A stretch of 64,000 nucleotides of DNA from the NCBI GenBank assembly GCA_051546255.1, contig CP128818.1:744001-808000 (forward strand), given 5' to 3'. The DNA is from Meyerozyma guilliermondii (lineage: Eukaryota). Position numbers and translations under genes: made by a program. The notes below the pieces were generated by a model that saw only the letters and a program-made list of their open reading frames with translations, was not told the DNA's origin and did not search any database. Position 1 is the first letter of the stretch. Every line of letters begins with the position of its first letter. Shown one piece after another: positions 63,538 to 64,000 of this stretch.

Positions 63538-64000
63538 ATGACGAGACTGAGCTATGAATGTGACGTTTGTGTTCTTGGAGGGCCTGGCATAGGGAAAAGC
63601 TCACTAATACTCCATTATACTAAGGGTATATTTTTGGAGAACATAGAAAGCTCTGTGGAAGATCTTTACCAAAAACAAGCCACCTCACAAGGTGTGAGTA
63701 AAATAATCTCAATCTTGGATACAAATGCAAATGTGGATGCCTACAGTACTTCAAGAAAAGAACAAATAAAGAACGCTGCCACTTTGGTTTTTGCATATTC
63801 AATTGATGATAGAGATTCATTTTTGAAAGTTTCAGATGATTTTGAACGAAACTTGGGAGTTATGAAGACATTACCACCTTGTGCCTTAATTGGCCTAAAG
63901 TCAGACTTGAGTGCAGACCGCCAAGTAGCATACGAAGAAGGACAACGATTAAGCGAACACATGAAAGCAGTCAGCTTCCAGGAGTGCAGTTCCAAACTTT
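63538..64000 (+). CDS. Atypical Ras-family GTPase (Candida Ras2-like), 5' part; runs off window end
   Basis: Not in the ORF track. Open frame from ATG 63538: VCVLGGPGIGKSSL, ESSVEDLY, ISILDTNAN, FAYSIDDRDSF, IGLKSDL..RQV..EEG, FQECSSK. Confidence 0.88.
   Translation, partial: MTRLSYECDVCVLGGPGIGKSSLILHYTKGIFLENIESSVEDLYQKQATSQGVSKIISILDTNANVDAYSTSRKEQIKNAATLVFAYSIDDRDSFLKVSDDFERNLGVMKTLPPCALIGLKSDLSADRQVAYEEGQRLSEHMKAVSFQECSSKL

Overview
A 64-kb, gene-dense window from the nuclear genome of a budding yeast that reads CUG as Ser (CTG clade). Conserved Ser positions in Rpt5, Cct6, Rvb1 and others are CTG-encoded, so some 'L' residues in the supplied ORF track are really S. The moderate GC, very short intergenic regions and tiny introns with the branchpoint 4-6 nt from the 3' end suggest a Meyerozyma/Clavispora-like species (inference). 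About 37 protein-coding genes follow the ancestral Saccharomycotina neighbourhoods: RPO31(partial)-SEM1-RPT5-CDD1-[GH1 beta-glucosidase]-MAP1-TRAX-CCT6-CZF1-SLY1-RVB1-GPN3-MSC2-His-phosphatase-VPS34-CAB5-ApbA/CBS2-like-RKM2-TOP3-NUP42-ARV1-CSC1-NKP1-[killer-toxin-like chitinase]-RPP2B-RPS15-ORT1-AIM6-PMP47-smallORF-AFI1-YRA1-STP1/2-RAX1-RPL19-YBL028C-like-ADE2-TEC1-NTO1-MAK21-atypical Ras(partial). Seven spliceosomal introns were resolved by hand. The most striking item is an intact nuclear LysM-CBM18-GH18 gene that closely resembles the alpha subunit of linear-plasmid killer toxins (zymocin type). It is trimmed of the beta part, has no in-frame CUG codon, and sits between two ancestrally adjacent genes. 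Other notable items are a secreted GH1 beta-glucosidase insertion, a Trax with its catalytic acids retained, an enzyme-like ketopantoate reductase at the CBS2 locus head-to-head with CAB5, a motif-dense 2.3-kb CZF1 control region and the long, repeat-containing YRA1 intron. No tRNA, rRNA, CRISPR array or transposon was recognised. Gene names and synteny come from recalled homologues, not database searches.
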